The position numbers and the translations under genes were made by a program. The notes under the pieces are model-generated. The model saw only the letters and a program-made list of their open reading frames with translations, made no database searches and had not been told where the DNA came from. A stretch of 64,000 nucleotides of DNA from an uncultured Verrucomicrobiae bacterium. GTDB lineage: Bacteria; Verrucomicrobiota; Verrucomicrobiia; Chthoniobacterales; JAFAMB01. Within the stretch, counting starts at the first letter, position 1. The number at the start of each line of letters is the position of its first letter. Below are positions 62,896 through 64,000 of the stretch, piece after piece. Location: the NCBI GenBank assembly GCA_963782115.1, contig CAWAIK010000001.1, positions 96,001-160,000 of the forward strand, in the 5' to 3' direction.

Positions 62896-63892
62896 ATCGC
62901 TCAACTTCCGGACCATTTTCAGTCTATCCAACGCGACACGTTTCATCCAGGTTGCAGAAAGTCTTGGGGTTGTCGCTTTGTTGCTGATCGTGGTGATTGG
63001 GGCGTCAATTATTGCGCCGGGGTTCTTTACCTATACCAATTTCATCAACACCCTGATCGCCGCCTCCATTACGGCGGTCACCGGTTTAGGGATGACCTTT
63101 GCGATCGCGATGGGTGGTTTCGATCTGTCGGTCGGATCAGTTCAAGTACTGAGCGCGATTGTGGCGGCCGGTTTGCTTTCGGTGATCGATCCGCCGCTCG
63201 CCATTCTTGGCGCACTTCTCACAGGGCTAGCGCTTGGGCTAATAAATGGACTGCTGATCAGCAAATTAAGGCTTCCGGCTTTTGTCGTGACGTTTGGAAT
63301 GATGAGTATCGTGCGGGGTGTCGCGCTGCTCTTCACCCAGGGGCAATCGGTGATGATCACCAGGCATCCTGAGTTTGGATTGCTAAACAACGGCAAGGTG
63401 CTAGGCCTGCCCGTACCGTTCATTATCATGACGATCGTGTTCGTCGTGCTCAGCGTTTTGCTCAAGCATACAGCGTTTGGGCGCCACGCTTGCGCAATCG
63501 GAGGAAATCGGTCGGCCGCGATTGTTTCCGGCATCAATATCGATCGGACGACCATAGCAGTGTTTGGCCTGGTCGGCGTAACCGCGGCAATTTCTGGGGT
63601 GATGCTGAGTTCCCAGCTGATGATCGTGGATGCAACGCTTGGAACCGGGTTCGAGCTTCAGGCTATCACCGTCAGCGTGCTGGGCGGCACCAGTCTTTCC
63701 GGAGGACACGGGAATTTGCTCGGAACGGTGTTTGCCGCGCTGCTTTTGGCCACTATTGCCAGCGCTCTGAACATTTTGAAGGTGATTTCGTTTTACCAAT
63801 ACCTGGCTTTGGGGGTGCTCTTGATTTTCGCATTGGCAATCGACACCGCGCGTCGCGCCTTCATCACCAAGTCGCTGCTAAGGCGTGCCTAA
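62879..63892 (+). CDS. Monosaccharide ABC permease (RbsC-like)
   Basis: GGFDLSVGS, FGRHACAIGGN, ELQAI...LGGTSLSGG. Confidence 0.93.
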   Translation: MSNAPESLNFRTIFSLSNATRFIQVAESLGVVALLLIVVIGASIIAPGFFTYTNFINTLIAASITAVTGLGMTFAIAMGGFDLSVGSVQVLSAIVAAGLLSVIDPPLAILGALLTGLALGLINGLLISKLRLPAFVVTFGMMSIVRGVALLFTQGQSVMITRHPEFGLLNNGKVLGLPVPFIIMTIVFVVLSVLLKHTAFGRHACAIGGNRSAAIVSGINIDRTTIAVFGLVGVTAAISGVMLSSQLMIVDATLGTGFELQAITVSVLGGTSLSGGHGNLLGTVFAALLLATIASALNILKVISFYQYLALGVLLIFALAIDTARRAFITKSLLRRA

Positions 63893-64000
63893 TGTACCCA
63901 TGGCTCTAAGTGAAATAGCTAATAAAAAAATCGATGGGCGACCTTCTTTGGGGATCTCTGTCCTGAGTTTCTTGACGAGGTACTATATTCAGTCCCTGCT

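Overview
A 64-kb, moderately GC-rich bacterial window. Gene content and repeat style suggest a Verrucomicrobiota/Chthoniobacterales-like organism, but that is a guess. Intact loci: an alpha-galactoside ABC uptake and Leloir cluster (melA-galT-galE-LacI), an Fe3+/FbpABC-type ABC transporter, a Tm-1-like ATP-binding plus TIM-barrel pair, an SNF2 helicase plus SWIM pair, a NodIJ-like ABC-2 exporter, a D-hydroxyacid dehydrogenase / LarA-family racemase / L-hydroxyacid oxidase cluster, a PAS-PAS-PP2C phosphatase, a KirBac channel, lpxA, a SorC regulator, an Xre-RES toxin-antitoxin pair and an Rbs-type sugar ABC transporter. About 20 pseudogenes lie between them, many with large internal deletions, including a dismantled hexuronate pathway. 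No rRNA, tRNA or CRISPR array was seen. The most unusual signal is non-coding: five interspersed palindromic repeat families (here called A-E). Family A (core CCCAGGGTTTCAACCCTGGG) acts as a landing pad. (i) A 1006-bp element with IS50/Tn5-like 17-bp TIRs and a 10-bp target duplication sits in its hairpin loop and carries a RAYT-REP module instead of a transposase. (ii) An ORF-less group II intron starts inside another copy. A second family starts right after the stop codon of five genes. A 1.5-kb phage-like cassette is bounded by an exact 27-bp duplication of the RES toxin 3' end.
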